Translations under genes and position numbers: made by a program | Shown here: in pieces, positions 26,554 through 36,186 of the stretch | Layout of the letters: the number at the start of each line of letters is the position of its first letter | How positions within the stretch are numbered: the stretch's first letter is position 1 | Assembly: GCA_965243255.1 (NCBI GenBank) | Contig: CBDEUH010000004.1 | Location: 580,456 to 644,455, forward strand | DNA: 64,000 bases | DNA from: Dehalococcoidia bacterium | GTDB taxonomy: Bacteria > Chloroflexota > Dehalococcoidia > Lucifugimonadales > UBA3495 | Reading direction: 5' to 3' | The notes under the pieces: model-generated | The model's database searches: none | Told to the model about the DNA's origin: nothing | The model's input: the letters and a program-made list of their open reading frames with translations, nothing else

Positions 26554-27764
26554 TAGTCATCATCTCCCGCCAGGGCGACTTCGGATTCCGCTTCATAGGT
26601 GCCGGGACTGTGATAGCCGTGGCTGCGCGTGGCGTCCTTTTCTTTTTGGACCTGAATCAAATCGGCCATCCAGCGATGGTAGCCGTCCTTGTCCTGAGTC
26701 CAGTGCTCCCATTGGCTGTTGTTGTCGTTGAACTCCGACTCGTTGACCATGGTGATGCAGTCGGCCACCGGGCAAACAGCCTCGCATACGGCGCAGCCGC
26801 AGCAGGCTTCCATGTTGGCGTCGTACAGTCCGTCCGGCGTAACGTCAAAGCAGGTATCCGGGCACTGCAGCCAGCACAGGGTGCACTTGATGCAGGTGTC
26901 AAAGTTGATGACCGGGCGCATGGAGCGGGTGCTGAACTTCTTGAAAACGGCGCTGCGGGTGGGTTGGTAGCTGGTGTCGCCGGACGCGTTGGACAGGAGG
27001 GGATCGTAGCCATCGCCCAGGGCGCCGCCGCGGAAGCCGGTGCCTTCCTCAACGCCGCGAATAACCAGGCCTTCCTCCATGGACTTCCAGCCGGGGAGGT
27101 CAAAGCTGAAGGGTTCGTCTTCGCTGCCTTCGCCGGGTTCCACCGGGCGCAGGGCGAGACGGTCGTGGGTGTTGCGGGCGGAAGTCAGCTTGAGCCCGCC
27201 CCAACCCTGGTCTTCCAGGGCGGCCAGCATGGAGTCGAGACTGACCAGTTCCGGGCAGGCCTTGGCCAGCGCGCCCAGGATCCGGACGTCGGTGTGGTCG
27301 TCCTTATAGACCCACAGGCCCGAGAAGCTGGTGGACGCCGGCACGATGGCCAAGTTGTAAGCCGAGTCCTTCTGGTGGATGTCCTCGATGAGGGCGTCCG
27401 CGGCCTGGCGGGAGGTTACGATGAGCGTGCCGCCGGGCTTGGTGAGGGCGTTGATGGGCTGCAGGCCGTACCAGGCCCAGGACTCGATGCCCTTGCACAT
27501 GGTGTCGTCAACGTTGATGGTGACGTCCACCTCCCGGGCTTCGTACACGGCCAGGTTTTCTTCAAGTTCTTCAGGGCTGTCGGACACGATGGCGAACTGC
27601 TTGGCGGGAATGCCGTTGCGTTCCGGCGAGTCGCCGTACCGTCCGAAAGCGGTGCCAATTTTGCCCTCCTTGCGGGCGGCAAAAACGATGGTGCGGACGA
27701 TGTTCCGGGCCAGGGTTTTCTGGAATATCCCCCGGTACACCACCTCCACTGCCACAGTGCTCAT
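26553..27764 (-). CDS. 2-oxoacid:ferredoxin oxidoreductase, fused gamma + delta (2x[4Fe-4S]) subunit
   Basis: ATG at 27764 with an AGGAGG RBS. Has a PorG-like N-terminal domain and two C-x2-C-x2-C-x3-CP clusters (CIKCTLCWLQCP, CCGCAVCEAVCP). Confidence 0.8.
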   Translation of the reverse strand: MSTVAVEVVYRGIFQKTLARNIVRTIVFAARKEGKIGTAFGRYGDSPERNGIPAKQFAIVSDSPEELEENLAVYEAREVDVTINVDDTMCKGIESWAWYGLQPINALTKPGGTLIVTSRQAADALIEDIHQKDSAYNLAIVPASTSFSGLWVYKDDHTDVRILGALAKACPELVSLDSMLAALEDQGWGGLKLTSARNTHDRLALRPVEPGEGSEDEPFSFDLPGWKSMEEGLVIRGVEEGTGFRGGALGDGYDPLLSNASGDTSYQPTRSAVFKKFSTRSMRPVINFDTCIKCTLCWLQCPDTCFDVTPDGLYDANMEACCGCAVCEAVCPVADCITMVNESEFNDNNSQWEHWTQDKDGYHRWMADLIQVQKEKDATRSHGYHSPGTYEAESEVALAGDDD

Positions 27765-27924
27765 GTTGGGGAGCCCTCCTCGGTGTTTGATTGCTGCGGC
27801 ATTATAGCACGACAAGGCGGTGATTGTGTGTCGTGAAAGGCTTCAAGAGATGCGAGTCCGGTGAATGTATGTTAATGCTGTATGTTACACTGCCTGCCGA
27901 AATGCAGCAAAGGAGCGCGTTGCA

Positions 27925-29619
27925 ATGGCCGAGCGAATGAAGGCGGGGGAAGCGGTTATCGAACTGCTGCGGCAGGAAGGCGTCAGCAAGATTTTCGGCA
28001 TCGTCGGTTCGTCCTTTCTGGACGTGCTGGACCCCCTGTACGACCGCGACGATATGGAGTTCGTCGGCGTGCGGCACGAGCAGGGCGCGGCCTTGATGGC
28101 CGACGGGTACAGCCGCATCGCTGGCGCGCCTTCGGTCTGCCTGGTTACCAACGGGCCGGGCGTGCTGAACCTCACCTACGGCATCGGGTCGGCCTACGTG
28201 TCCCACTCGCCGGTGGTGGTGCTGGCTCCATCGGCGTCCCGAGACCACCAGCACCTGGATTCCACCCAGGAATTCGACCAGGTGGCGCTGTTTGAACCCA
28301 TCACCAAGGCCAGCTTCTCCATCAACAAGATCGAACGGCTGCCCGACGCCCTGCGCCAGGCCTTCCGCATCGCCACGTCGGGCAAGATGGGGCCGGTGCT
28401 GGTGGACATTCCCCGGGACCTGCTGCCCGGCGCCGAGGTTGACCTGGACCTGCTGGCCCCCAACGCCTACCGCACCGGACAGGGCCGCTCCCGGGGCGAC
28501 CGCCAGCAGGTCGAGGCGGCGGCCCGGGAGATACTGGCGGCGCAGCGTCCGGTGATCCTGGCCGGCGGCGGCGTTGAGTGGAGCCTGGCCGACGCTCCGG
28601 TTACCAGGCTGGCCGAACTGACCGGCGCGCCCATCGTTACGTCCTACGGCCGAGCCGACGCCGTGCCCAACGACCACCCCAACTACCTGGGACACCTGGG
28701 ACGCCTGGGCGCGCCAGAGGCCATTGACGCCGTGCGCAACGCCGACGTGATCGTCGCCGCCGGCACCCGGCTGGGACAGTCCACGACGTTCTATGACCAT
28801 CGCTTTATCCCCGCTGACGCCCGCATCGTCCACATTGAAATTGACCCCAAGGAAATCGGGCGCATCTATCCCATCGTGGTGGGAGTTGAGGGCGACGTGG
28901 GCGCGGTGGTTGACGAAATCAACGGCCTCGTGGCCGAGGCCGAACTGCGGCCCAACGCCGACTGGACGGCTCGCGTCGCCGGCTGGAACGCGGCCCGTGC
29001 CGCCCGGCTGGATTCCGAGGCGGCCCTGACCGGCGACTACATCAAGCCGCAGCGGGTGTACGCCGAGCTGCGCAAGGTGATGCCCCGCAACGCCATCGTC
29101 GCGCTGGACGCCGGCTTGGCCCCGAACTTCGGACAGGACCGCCTGAACTACTACCAACCGCGCAGCCTGATTATGGCGCTGGATCTGGGCGGCCTGGGCT
29201 TCAGCTTCCCGGCGTCCATCGGGGCCAACTTCGCCGCCCCGGACCGGCCGGTGGTGAACTTCAACGGCGACGGCGGGTTCCTGTTCAACGCCCAAGAGTT
29301 CGAGACCGCCGTGCGATACGGCCTGAAGAACATCTCGGTGGTGATGAACAACGACTGCTGGGGTTCGGAAAAGGCGTACCAGAAGTACGCTTTCAACGAA
29401 CGATACGTGGGCGCCGATACGGTCAACCCGCGCTTTGACAAATACGCCGAGCTTTTCGGCGGCGCCGGATTTTACGTTGACCGCCCCGAGGACATCGCCG
29501 ACGCCTTCGCGCAAGCGCTGGCAGTGGATGGGCCGAGCATCATCGAGATTCCCACCGACCCGGACGAGATGCCCCGGCCGGCGCGGCTGGCCGAAGTCCA
29601 GGCCCCGACGGAAGGGTGA
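27925..29619 (+). CDS. thiamine-pyrophosphate-dependent enzyme (acetolactate synthase large-subunit-like)
   Basis: ATG at 27925 with an AGGAG RBS. GDGGFLF...MNNDCWG TPP motif. Confidence 0.85.
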   Translation: MAERMKAGEAVIELLRQEGVSKIFGIVGSSFLDVLDPLYDRDDMEFVGVRHEQGAALMADGYSRIAGAPSVCLVTNGPGVLNLTYGIGSAYVSHSPVVVLAPSASRDHQHLDSTQEFDQVALFEPITKASFSINKIERLPDALRQAFRIATSGKMGPVLVDIPRDLLPGAEVDLDLLAPNAYRTGQGRSRGDRQQVEAAAREILAAQRPVILAGGGVEWSLADAPVTRLAELTGAPIVTSYGRADAVPNDHPNYLGHLGRLGAPEAIDAVRNADVIVAAGTRLGQSTTFYDHRFIPADARIVHIEIDPKEIGRIYPIVVGVEGDVGAVVDEINGLVAEAELRPNADWTARVAGWNAARAARLDSEAALTGDYIKPQRVYAELRKVMPRNAIVALDAGLAPNFGQDRLNYYQPRSLIMALDLGGLGFSFPASIGANFAAPDRPVVNFNGDGGFLFNAQEFETAVRYGLKNISVVMNNDCWGSEKAYQKYAFNERYVGADTVNPRFDKYAELFGGAGFYVDRPEDIADAFAQALAVDGPSIIEIPTDPDEMPRPARLAEVQAPTEG

Positions 29620-29626
29620 TTACGCA

Positions 29627-29929
29627 ATGATTACCTACGATAACGTCAAAGCAACCGAGGTTGACATCTCCGGCGATCTCATCTGCATCACTTGGGATGA
29701 CGGCAAACGGGGAACCTACTCCCACCGGATGCTGCGGCTGCGCTGCCCCTGCGCGTCCTGTGTTGAAGAGATGACCGGGCGCGCGTTGCTGGACCCGGAC
29801 AGCGTTCCCCAGGACGTTCGCGCGTTGGACTACATGACGGTAGGGCAGTACGCCCTGCAATTCCTGTGGAGCGACGCCCATTACACCGGCATCTACACCT
29901 ACCGGTATCTGCGAGCGATGTGCGACTGA
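29627..29929 (+). CDS. DUF971 family protein
   Basis: 100 aa. L.I.W.DG......LR..CPCA.C pattern. The track ORF 29435.. is over-extended. Confidence 0.7.
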   Translation: MITYDNVKATEVDISGDLICITWDDGKRGTYSHRMLRLRCPCASCVEEMTGRALLDPDSVPQDVRALDYMTVGQYALQFLWSDAHYTGIYTYRYLRAMCD

Positions 29930-29980
29930 ATCGCCTGGGGCGGGGCTCGGTCCGGCCAGCGATCGGCGGCGTGAGTGGAT

Positions 29981-30208
29981 TCAGGAGGCCGGCGCGTTGT
30001 CCGACTGACGGCCGCGAAAAGTTTGGCCGGGACGATTGCGCAGCTTGGGCGAGGTAAAAGTGTCGGACTTGAAGGAAAAGTTGGACAGCTGGCGAGCGGC
30101 CGGCCGGCCGCAGGTCTTGCACTCCATGGGGTCGTCAGCGCGGGATACGGGCCGAATGGACTCGAAAGACACGTCGCAGTAGGCGCAGTGATACTCGTAA
30201 ATTGGCAT
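29981..30208 (-). CDS. FmdB-family zinc-ribbon protein
   Basis: MPIYEYHCAYCD...ECKTCG. GGAGG RBS upstream of the ATG at 30208. Confidence 0.8.
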   Translation of the reverse strand: MPIYEYHCAYCDVSFESIRPVSRADDPMECKTCGRPAARQLSNFSFKSDTFTSPKLRNRPGQTFRGRQSDNAPAS

Positions 30209-30289
30209 AGACACCTCCGGCTCGTGATTATATCCTAACGAAAGATTACTCCTCACGCAGCCCTCTCCTTTGCCGAGAGGAAGTATGTA

Positions 30290-31444
30290 ATGGACGGGAT
30301 AGACAAAATGACGACTAACCAAACAACCGACGTTGCAATCATCGGTGGCGGCGCAGCCGGCTGCGCTGCGGCTTACTACCTGGCCGAGAACGGCATCAAG
30401 GCCACCATCATCGAGCGCGAAGGCGTGGCCAGCAAAGCGTCCGGCTACAACGCCGGCGGCCTCAACCCGCTGGAGGGGCACGGTTGGCCGGAGCCGCTGC
30501 GGCCCATGGCGTTAGAGTCCTTCCGGCTGCATCAGGATCTATGGACCTCGCTGCCGGCGGAAACGGGAATCGACTATCACGGTCGGACCACGTCGATTCT
30601 GAAGGTAGCCCTGGACGAGGAAGAGTTGGCGGATTTGCGGGAGACGCTGGAGATTTTCAACAACGCGCCGGAACCCGGCTTCTCGGCGGAGTGGCTGGAG
30701 CGTGAGGACGTGTTGGCCTTGGAACCCCGCATAACCTCCGAGGTCATGGCGGGCGTCCGCGCGGTGGGCAACGGCGCGCTGGACGGCCAGGAATTCACCC
30801 AGGCTTTGGCCGCCGCCGCCGAAAAACGGGGCGCGCGGATTGTGTCCGGCAGCGCCGTCGGGCTGCGCCTGGGCAACGGGCGCGTCGAGTCGGTGGTTAC
30901 CGACGACGGCGAGATTCCCTGCGGCGCGCTGCTGATTGCCGCCGGCCCCTGGTGTCGCACCGCCGAGCAGTGGCTGGACATCTCCATCCCGGTTGACCCG
31001 CTCAAGGGCCAGATAATCCGGGTGAAGCCCGACGGGCCGGGATTGGACTACGAACTGATTGGCGGCGGCAGCTCCATGTACGACAAGCCCGGCGGCTTGA
31101 TTTGGTGCGGCTCCACCGAGGAGGACGTGGGGTTTGACCTGTCGCTCACCGAAGAGGCGCGGACGCGGATTATGACCATGGCCGTTCGCCTGATGCCGTC
31201 GCTGGCCAACGCCCAGCAAGCGCTGCACACGGCCTGCCTGCGCCCGGTTACGCCGGACTGGCTCCCCATCGTGGGACCGGCGCCCAGCTGGGACAACGCG
31301 TACATCTGCGCCGGCGGCCAGAAGAAGGGCATCCTCCTGGGGCCGGCCATGGGCAAGGGCATCGCGGAGATCATCGCCGACGGCCAGACCGACGTGAGTT
31401 TGACCGGATGCGAGCCGGAGCGGTTCTCGCCGGCCTCCAACTAA
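30290..31444 (+). CDS. FAD-dependent oxidoreductase (DAO/glycine-oxidase-like)
   Basis: DVAIIGGGAAGCAAAYYLA Rossmann dinucleotide motif. Confidence 0.8.
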   Translation: MDGIDKMTTNQTTDVAIIGGGAAGCAAAYYLAENGIKATIIEREGVASKASGYNAGGLNPLEGHGWPEPLRPMALESFRLHQDLWTSLPAETGIDYHGRTTSILKVALDEEELADLRETLEIFNNAPEPGFSAEWLEREDVLALEPRITSEVMAGVRAVGNGALDGQEFTQALAAAAEKRGARIVSGSAVGLRLGNGRVESVVTDDGEIPCGALLIAAGPWCRTAEQWLDISIPVDPLKGQIIRVKPDGPGLDYELIGGGSSMYDKPGGLIWCGSTEEDVGFDLSLTEEARTRIMTMAVRLMPSLANAQQALHTACLRPVTPDWLPIVGPAPSWDNAYICAGGQKKGILLGPAMGKGIAEIIADGQTDVSLTGCEPERFSPASN

Positions 31445-31462
31445 CACCAAGGAGCAAATCTT

Positions 31463-33748
31463 ATGACTACCAACGGCACTTCCGGCGCGTTGCGCGACAT
31501 TCACGTGGTGGAGTTCGGCCAGTACGTGCCCGGCCCAATGCTGGGGATGCTGCTGGCCGACCAGGGCGCCCACGTCATCAAGGTGGAGCGGCCCGCCGGC
31601 GACCCGGCCCGCTCCGAACCGGCCTTCGCCACCTGGAACCGGGGCAAGCGCTCGGTGACGCTGGACCTGAAAACCGACGCCGGACGGGAAACCGCCCGCC
31701 GCCTGGCCGCCAATGCCGACGTAGTGATTGAAAACTTCCGGCCCGGCGTGGCGCAGCGCCTGGGCATCGGCTATGACGAGCTCAGCGCCGGCCATCCCAG
31801 CCTGATCTACTGCTCCCTGCCCGGCTACGGCGAAGAGCATCCCAGCCGCAACGAGCCGGGCTGGGACCCGGTCATCAGCGCGGAGACGGGTTTCTACCCT
31901 GAGACCGGTGAGAGCAATGGCGACCCGCTGTTCACGCCGCTGCCCATCGCCAGCACCTTCGCCGCCCTGCTGGGCTCGGTGTCGGTGGCCATGGCCATCA
32001 ACGCCCGGGACAAGACCGGCAAGGGACAGCGTGTTGAGGTGCCGTTGCACTCCGCGATGTTCACCGCCATGGGCAGCCGCATCATCAAGTTCAACGGCTA
32101 CGAATACGTTGACCAGTTCGACTTTCCCCGCACCGTGATGTCGCACCCCTACCAGTGCGCCGACGGACGCTGGGTGTATCACCACGGGATGTTCGAGCGG
32201 TTCGCCCGCCAGACGCTGACGGCGGCGGGCAAGACCGAGTGGATTGAGGAAGCAACGTCCCTGTTCGGTCGTCCCGTTGACGACGATACGCTGGCCTTCT
32301 GGCAGACCCGTTTCGCCGAAATGTTCAGGGAACGCATGGCCTGGCAGTGGGAAGCGGACATTAACGCGCAAGGCGGCGCCTGCACCGTCTGCAAGACCGT
32401 TGACGAGTGGCTGGTACACGACCACGCCGTATCCGCCAAAATGGTTGAACTAGTGGACGACGCCGAGCGCGGCACGATGAAGCAGCCCGGCGTCCAGGTG
32501 CGCTTGCGGGGCACGCCGGGAGCGATACAATCCCGCGCCCCCAGGCTGGGCGAGCACACCGACCAGGTCCTGGCCGAGCTGGACAGCGCACCGGCGCGTC
32601 CGGCCGGCAGCAACGGTAGCAACGGCGACGTTATGTCCGCCTTGCAAGGCGTGCGCGTCCTCGACTTGTGCATCATCCTGGCCGGCCCCACCTGCGGCCG
32701 CACCCTGGGCGAGTTCGGCGCCGACGTCATCAAGATTGACGACCCGACGCGCACCCTGGACCCGGTGGGATACATCGACGTGAACCGGGGCAAGCGCAGC
32801 ATCATGCTGAACCTCAAAACCGACGAAGGCAAGGCCGTTTTCTGGAAGCTGGTGGAATCCGCCGACGTTATCGTGGAAAACAACCGCAAGTCCGCCGTGG
32901 AACGGCTGGGCCTGGGCTACGAGGCCATCAAGAAGGTCAAGCCCGACATCGTGTACGCCTCGCTCAACGCTTTCGGCTACGATGGTCCGTGGTCGGAGCG
33001 GGCCGGCTGGGAGCAGTTGGCCCAGGGCACCAGCGGGATGCAGGTGCGGCGCGGCGGCCGGGACGGCAAGCCCATGCTCGCGCCCTACGCCGTCAACGAC
33101 TATGGCACCGGTTTGATGGGAGCCTACGCCGTGGCGTTGGCGCTGCACGAGCGCAGCCGCACCGGACAGGGTCAATCGGTGGACAGCGGGCTGGCCTTGA
33201 CCGCTGGCCTGTTGCAGTCGCCGTACTTCCTGGATTACGACGGCTATCAGCGGGAAGACATCGAAGGCGTGGACGCCAGAGGGTATTCAACCCGTTCCAG
33301 TTTGTACCAGGCCGCCGACGGCTGGCTGTACGTGCACTGTCCCGATACGGCGACCTATGGGGCGTTCCTGGCCGCGCTGAACTTCCGGGACATTCACGAG
33401 GACGGCGACGCCATCGCCGAGGCCATCGCCGGCAACACCATCGAGCACTGGATGCAGACGCTGCGTCCGCTGGGCGTGTCGGTGTCGCCCAACCTGACCA
33501 TGGAGGACTACCGCAACGACCCGGTGGTGCGCAACGCTGGTTTCATCGTCACCCGTGAGCATACCGTCTGGGGCAGCGTTGACCATTCGGGCACCACGGC
33601 GCGCCTGTCGGCCACCCCGCCGCGCCTGGGCAATCCCACCCCCTACTTCGGCCAGCACACCGACGAGATTCTGACGGAGGCCGGCTACTCGGCCGGCGAA
33701 ATCGCCGCGCTGAAAGCATCAGGAGCCGCGGTAGCGCCGGGTCCATAA
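31463..33748 (+). CDS. tandem-duplicated family III CoA-transferase (CaiB/BaiF)
   Basis: 761 aa with two CaiB-like halves. Each half opens with V.EFGQ..PGP...LAD.GA.VIKVE / V.DL...LAGP......EFGADVIKID. Confidence 0.85.
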   Translation: MTTNGTSGALRDIHVVEFGQYVPGPMLGMLLADQGAHVIKVERPAGDPARSEPAFATWNRGKRSVTLDLKTDAGRETARRLAANADVVIENFRPGVAQRLGIGYDELSAGHPSLIYCSLPGYGEEHPSRNEPGWDPVISAETGFYPETGESNGDPLFTPLPIASTFAALLGSVSVAMAINARDKTGKGQRVEVPLHSAMFTAMGSRIIKFNGYEYVDQFDFPRTVMSHPYQCADGRWVYHHGMFERFARQTLTAAGKTEWIEEATSLFGRPVDDDTLAFWQTRFAEMFRERMAWQWEADINAQGGACTVCKTVDEWLVHDHAVSAKMVELVDDAERGTMKQPGVQVRLRGTPGAIQSRAPRLGEHTDQVLAELDSAPARPAGSNGSNGDVMSALQGVRVLDLCIILAGPTCGRTLGEFGADVIKIDDPTRTLDPVGYIDVNRGKRSIMLNLKTDEGKAVFWKLVESADVIVENNRKSAVERLGLGYEAIKKVKPDIVYASLNAFGYDGPWSERAGWEQLAQGTSGMQVRRGGRDGKPMLAPYAVNDYGTGLMGAYAVALALHERSRTGQGQSVDSGLALTAGLLQSPYFLDYDGYQREDIEGVDARGYSTRSSLYQAADGWLYVHCPDTATYGAFLAALNFRDIHEDGDAIAEAIAGNTIEHWMQTLRPLGVSVSPNLTMEDYRNDPVVRNAGFIVTREHTVWGSVDHSGTTARLSATPPRLGNPTPYFGQHTDEILTEAGYSAGEIAALKASGAAVAPGP

Positions 33749-33773
33749 AGACGCTGGGCAAGCGTTTCACAGT

Positions 33774-33807
33774 GCAGGGGCGGATGATTATTCGCCCCTG
33801 CGTTTTT
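33774..33807 (+). terminator. intrinsic terminator (GCAGGGGCG-loop-CGCCCCTGC + GTTTTT)
   Basis: 9-bp GC stem with a 10-nt loop and a T-run, 26 nt after the CoA-transferase stop. The core resembles the palindrome at 36137. Confidence 0.75.
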
Positions 33808-33899
33808 GCCGTCCTTCCGATCCGCCGCGCGGATGCAATCCAATCCTGCCCGTGCTACACTGGCGCCAGTTCGTCCGTCCCGCCGGCGGGAGGTGTGCA

Positions 33900-36110
33900 A
33901 TGCTGCGTATTTACAATACCCTGACCAAGTCCGTCGAGGAAATCCGGCCGCTGACCCCCGGCAAGGTGTCCATGTACACCTGCGGGCCCACGGTGTACCG
34001 CTATGCCCACATCGGCAACCTGCGCACCTACCTCATGGCCGACTGGATTCGCCGCATCCTGGAAGTCGACGGCAACGAGGTCTATCACATCAAGAACATC
34101 ACCGACGTGGGCCATATGCGGCAGGAACTGGCCGAGGCCGGCGGCGACAAGATGATTATGGCCGCGCTGGCGGAGGGGAAGTCGCTACAGGAAATCGGCG
34201 AGTTCTACGCCGGCGTCTTCTGGCAGGACGAGGAGCGCATCAACATCCAGGCGGCCCACGTCTTCCCCTGGGCCTCGCACCACATCCCCGAAATGCTGGA
34301 CATGGTGGGCACGCTGATGAACAACGGCGCCGCCTACGAGGCCGGCGGCAACATCTACTTTGACGTGAACAGCTACCCCCAATACGGCAAGCTGTCGCGC
34401 AACTTCGGCGGCGACCTGCTGGAAGGCGTCCGCGCGGAGGCCGACCCGCTGAAACACGATCCCAGGGACTTCACACTCTGGAAAGCCGCCGAACCCGGCA
34501 GGGACGTGAAGTGGGATAGCCCATGGGGCGAGGGATTCCCCGGCTGGCACATCGAATGTTCAGCCATGGCCCACAAGTACCTGGGCGAGCGCTTTGACAT
34601 CCACACCGGCGGCGTGGACAACGTGTTCCCCCATCACGAGGACGAAATCGCCCAGAGCGAAGGCGCATTTGGACAGCAGCACGTTAATTACTGGGTACAC
34701 GGTCAGCACCTGCTGGCGGACGGCGCCAAGATGGCCAAGTCGGCCGGCAACGTGTTCTTGATTGAAGACCTGTCGTCCCGGGGATTTGACCCGCTGGCCT
34801 TCCGCTACCTGTGCATGACGGTGCGTTACCGGCACCGGATGAACTTCACCTTCACCTCACTGCGGGCCGCGGAGAAAGCCTTGACCGGCCTGCGCAACCG
34901 CATCTGGGTATGGCGCAGCGTCTCCGGCAACGGTGCGCAGCCCCACGCCGCCAGCAGCGAGGCGGAAGCTTGGCGGCGCCGGTTCTGGGACGCCGTGCAC
35001 AACGACCTTGACCTGCCCACCGGCCTGGCTATCACCTGGGAAATGGTTCGCTCGGAGCTTGCGCCCGCGGACAAGCTGGACCTGCTGCTGGACTTTGACC
35101 GGGTGTTTGGCCTTGACCTGGACCGGGTGCCAGCCCGCTACGAGATCGGTTCGGCTAACCACGCGGCCATTGAACAGCGCGCCGAGTTGCGCCAGCAAGC
35201 CTCCTACACCGACGCCGACGCAGTGCGGGCGGAAGTGGTCGCCAACGGGATGGTGGTAGAGGACTTTGGTGATGCCACCCGGGTGCGCCCGCAGACGCCC
35301 CTGGAATTGCAGGAGGCCAGGTGGTCGTCCGTGTCGGCCTCCCGGGAAGTGCCGTCCCTGCTGGACGAGCCGGACCTGTACGACTTCACCTTTCTCATCA
35401 ACGCCTACGACTACGTGGACGACGTGCGCCGCTGCGTGGAAGCAGTCTTGCGCCATACCGCCGGCGCGTCGGCCGAGGTCGTCGTGGTGGACAACGGCTC
35501 CACCGATGGCACCGCCGAATACCTGGAATCGGCCCAGGCGGAACACGACAACGTGCGGGTGATTCACTGCGACCACGTGGTCGGCGACGCCGCCGGCAAG
35601 AACATCGGCCTCAAGCAGGCCCGGGGTCGCTACGTCGTGCTGCTGGATGCGTCCACCGAGATTGTCGGCGACGTTATGTCTGCCGTTGCCGAGCAGTTGT
35701 CCGATGAGAGCGTGGGCGTCTTCGGCCCCTACGGCCTCACCACCGACGATATGCAGCACTTCCACGAGGAGGTTGACTTCGGCGACGCCGACGCGATGCA
35801 GGCGTACTGCATGGCCTTCCGCCGCGCCGCCCTGCCCTCGGTGGGTCTGATGCACGAGTCCTTCCGGTTCTATCGCAACCTGGACATCGACTACTGCTTC
35901 CAGTTCAAGAACGCCGGCTACCGGGTCGTCTGCGACAGCAGCCTGCCCATGGTGCGCCACGAGCATCGCCAGTGGGAGGAGCTGGACGAAAACCAGCGCG
36001 ACGAGCTCAGCCGCAAGAACTTCGGCCGCTTCCTCAAGCGCTGGGGCAACCGCCCCGACCTTCTCATCAACCCCTCAGCTCGCGGCTTCGATACCGGCTT
36101 CCGCCACTGA
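33900..36110 (+). CDS. cysS: cysteinyl-tRNA synthetase fused to a C-terminal GT2-type glycosyltransferase domain
   Basis: ATG at 33900 with GGGAGG upstream. Carries HIGN (HIGH) and KMAKS (KMSKS) motifs, a CysRS-like helical/anticodon region to ~aa 480, then FLINAYDY...VVVVDNGSTDGT...VVLLDAS (GT-A/GT2) in the same frame with no stop. Confidence 0.8.
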   Translation: MLRIYNTLTKSVEEIRPLTPGKVSMYTCGPTVYRYAHIGNLRTYLMADWIRRILEVDGNEVYHIKNITDVGHMRQELAEAGGDKMIMAALAEGKSLQEIGEFYAGVFWQDEERINIQAAHVFPWASHHIPEMLDMVGTLMNNGAAYEAGGNIYFDVNSYPQYGKLSRNFGGDLLEGVRAEADPLKHDPRDFTLWKAAEPGRDVKWDSPWGEGFPGWHIECSAMAHKYLGERFDIHTGGVDNVFPHHEDEIAQSEGAFGQQHVNYWVHGQHLLADGAKMAKSAGNVFLIEDLSSRGFDPLAFRYLCMTVRYRHRMNFTFTSLRAAEKALTGLRNRIWVWRSVSGNGAQPHAASSEAEAWRRRFWDAVHNDLDLPTGLAITWEMVRSELAPADKLDLLLDFDRVFGLDLDRVPARYEIGSANHAAIEQRAELRQQASYTDADAVRAEVVANGMVVEDFGDATRVRPQTPLELQEARWSSVSASREVPSLLDEPDLYDFTFLINAYDYVDDVRRCVEAVLRHTAGASAEVVVVDNGSTDGTAEYLESAQAEHDNVRVIHCDHVVGDAAGKNIGLKQARGRYVVLLDASTEIVGDVMSAVAEQLSDESVGVFGPYGLTTDDMQHFHEEVDFGDADAMQAYCMAFRRAALPSVGLMHESFRFYRNLDIDYCFQFKNAGYRVVCDSSLPMVRHEHRQWEELDENQRDELSRKNFGRFLKRWGNRPDLLINPSARGFDTGFRH

Positions 36111-36136
36111 TGGGAGATAACCGCGGCCAAGAAAAC

Positions 36137-36164
36137 GTAGGGGCGAATAATTATTCGCCCCTAC
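36137..36164. terminator. perfect 28-nt palindrome GTAGGGGCGAATAATTATTCGCCCCTAC between convergent genes
   Basis: Perfect inverted repeat. GAAAAC on the + strand gives a U-run for the minus-strand SDR gene; there is no T-run for the + strand gene. Confidence 0.65.
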
Positions 36165-36186
36165 AAATTCACTGCATGGGAGAGGA

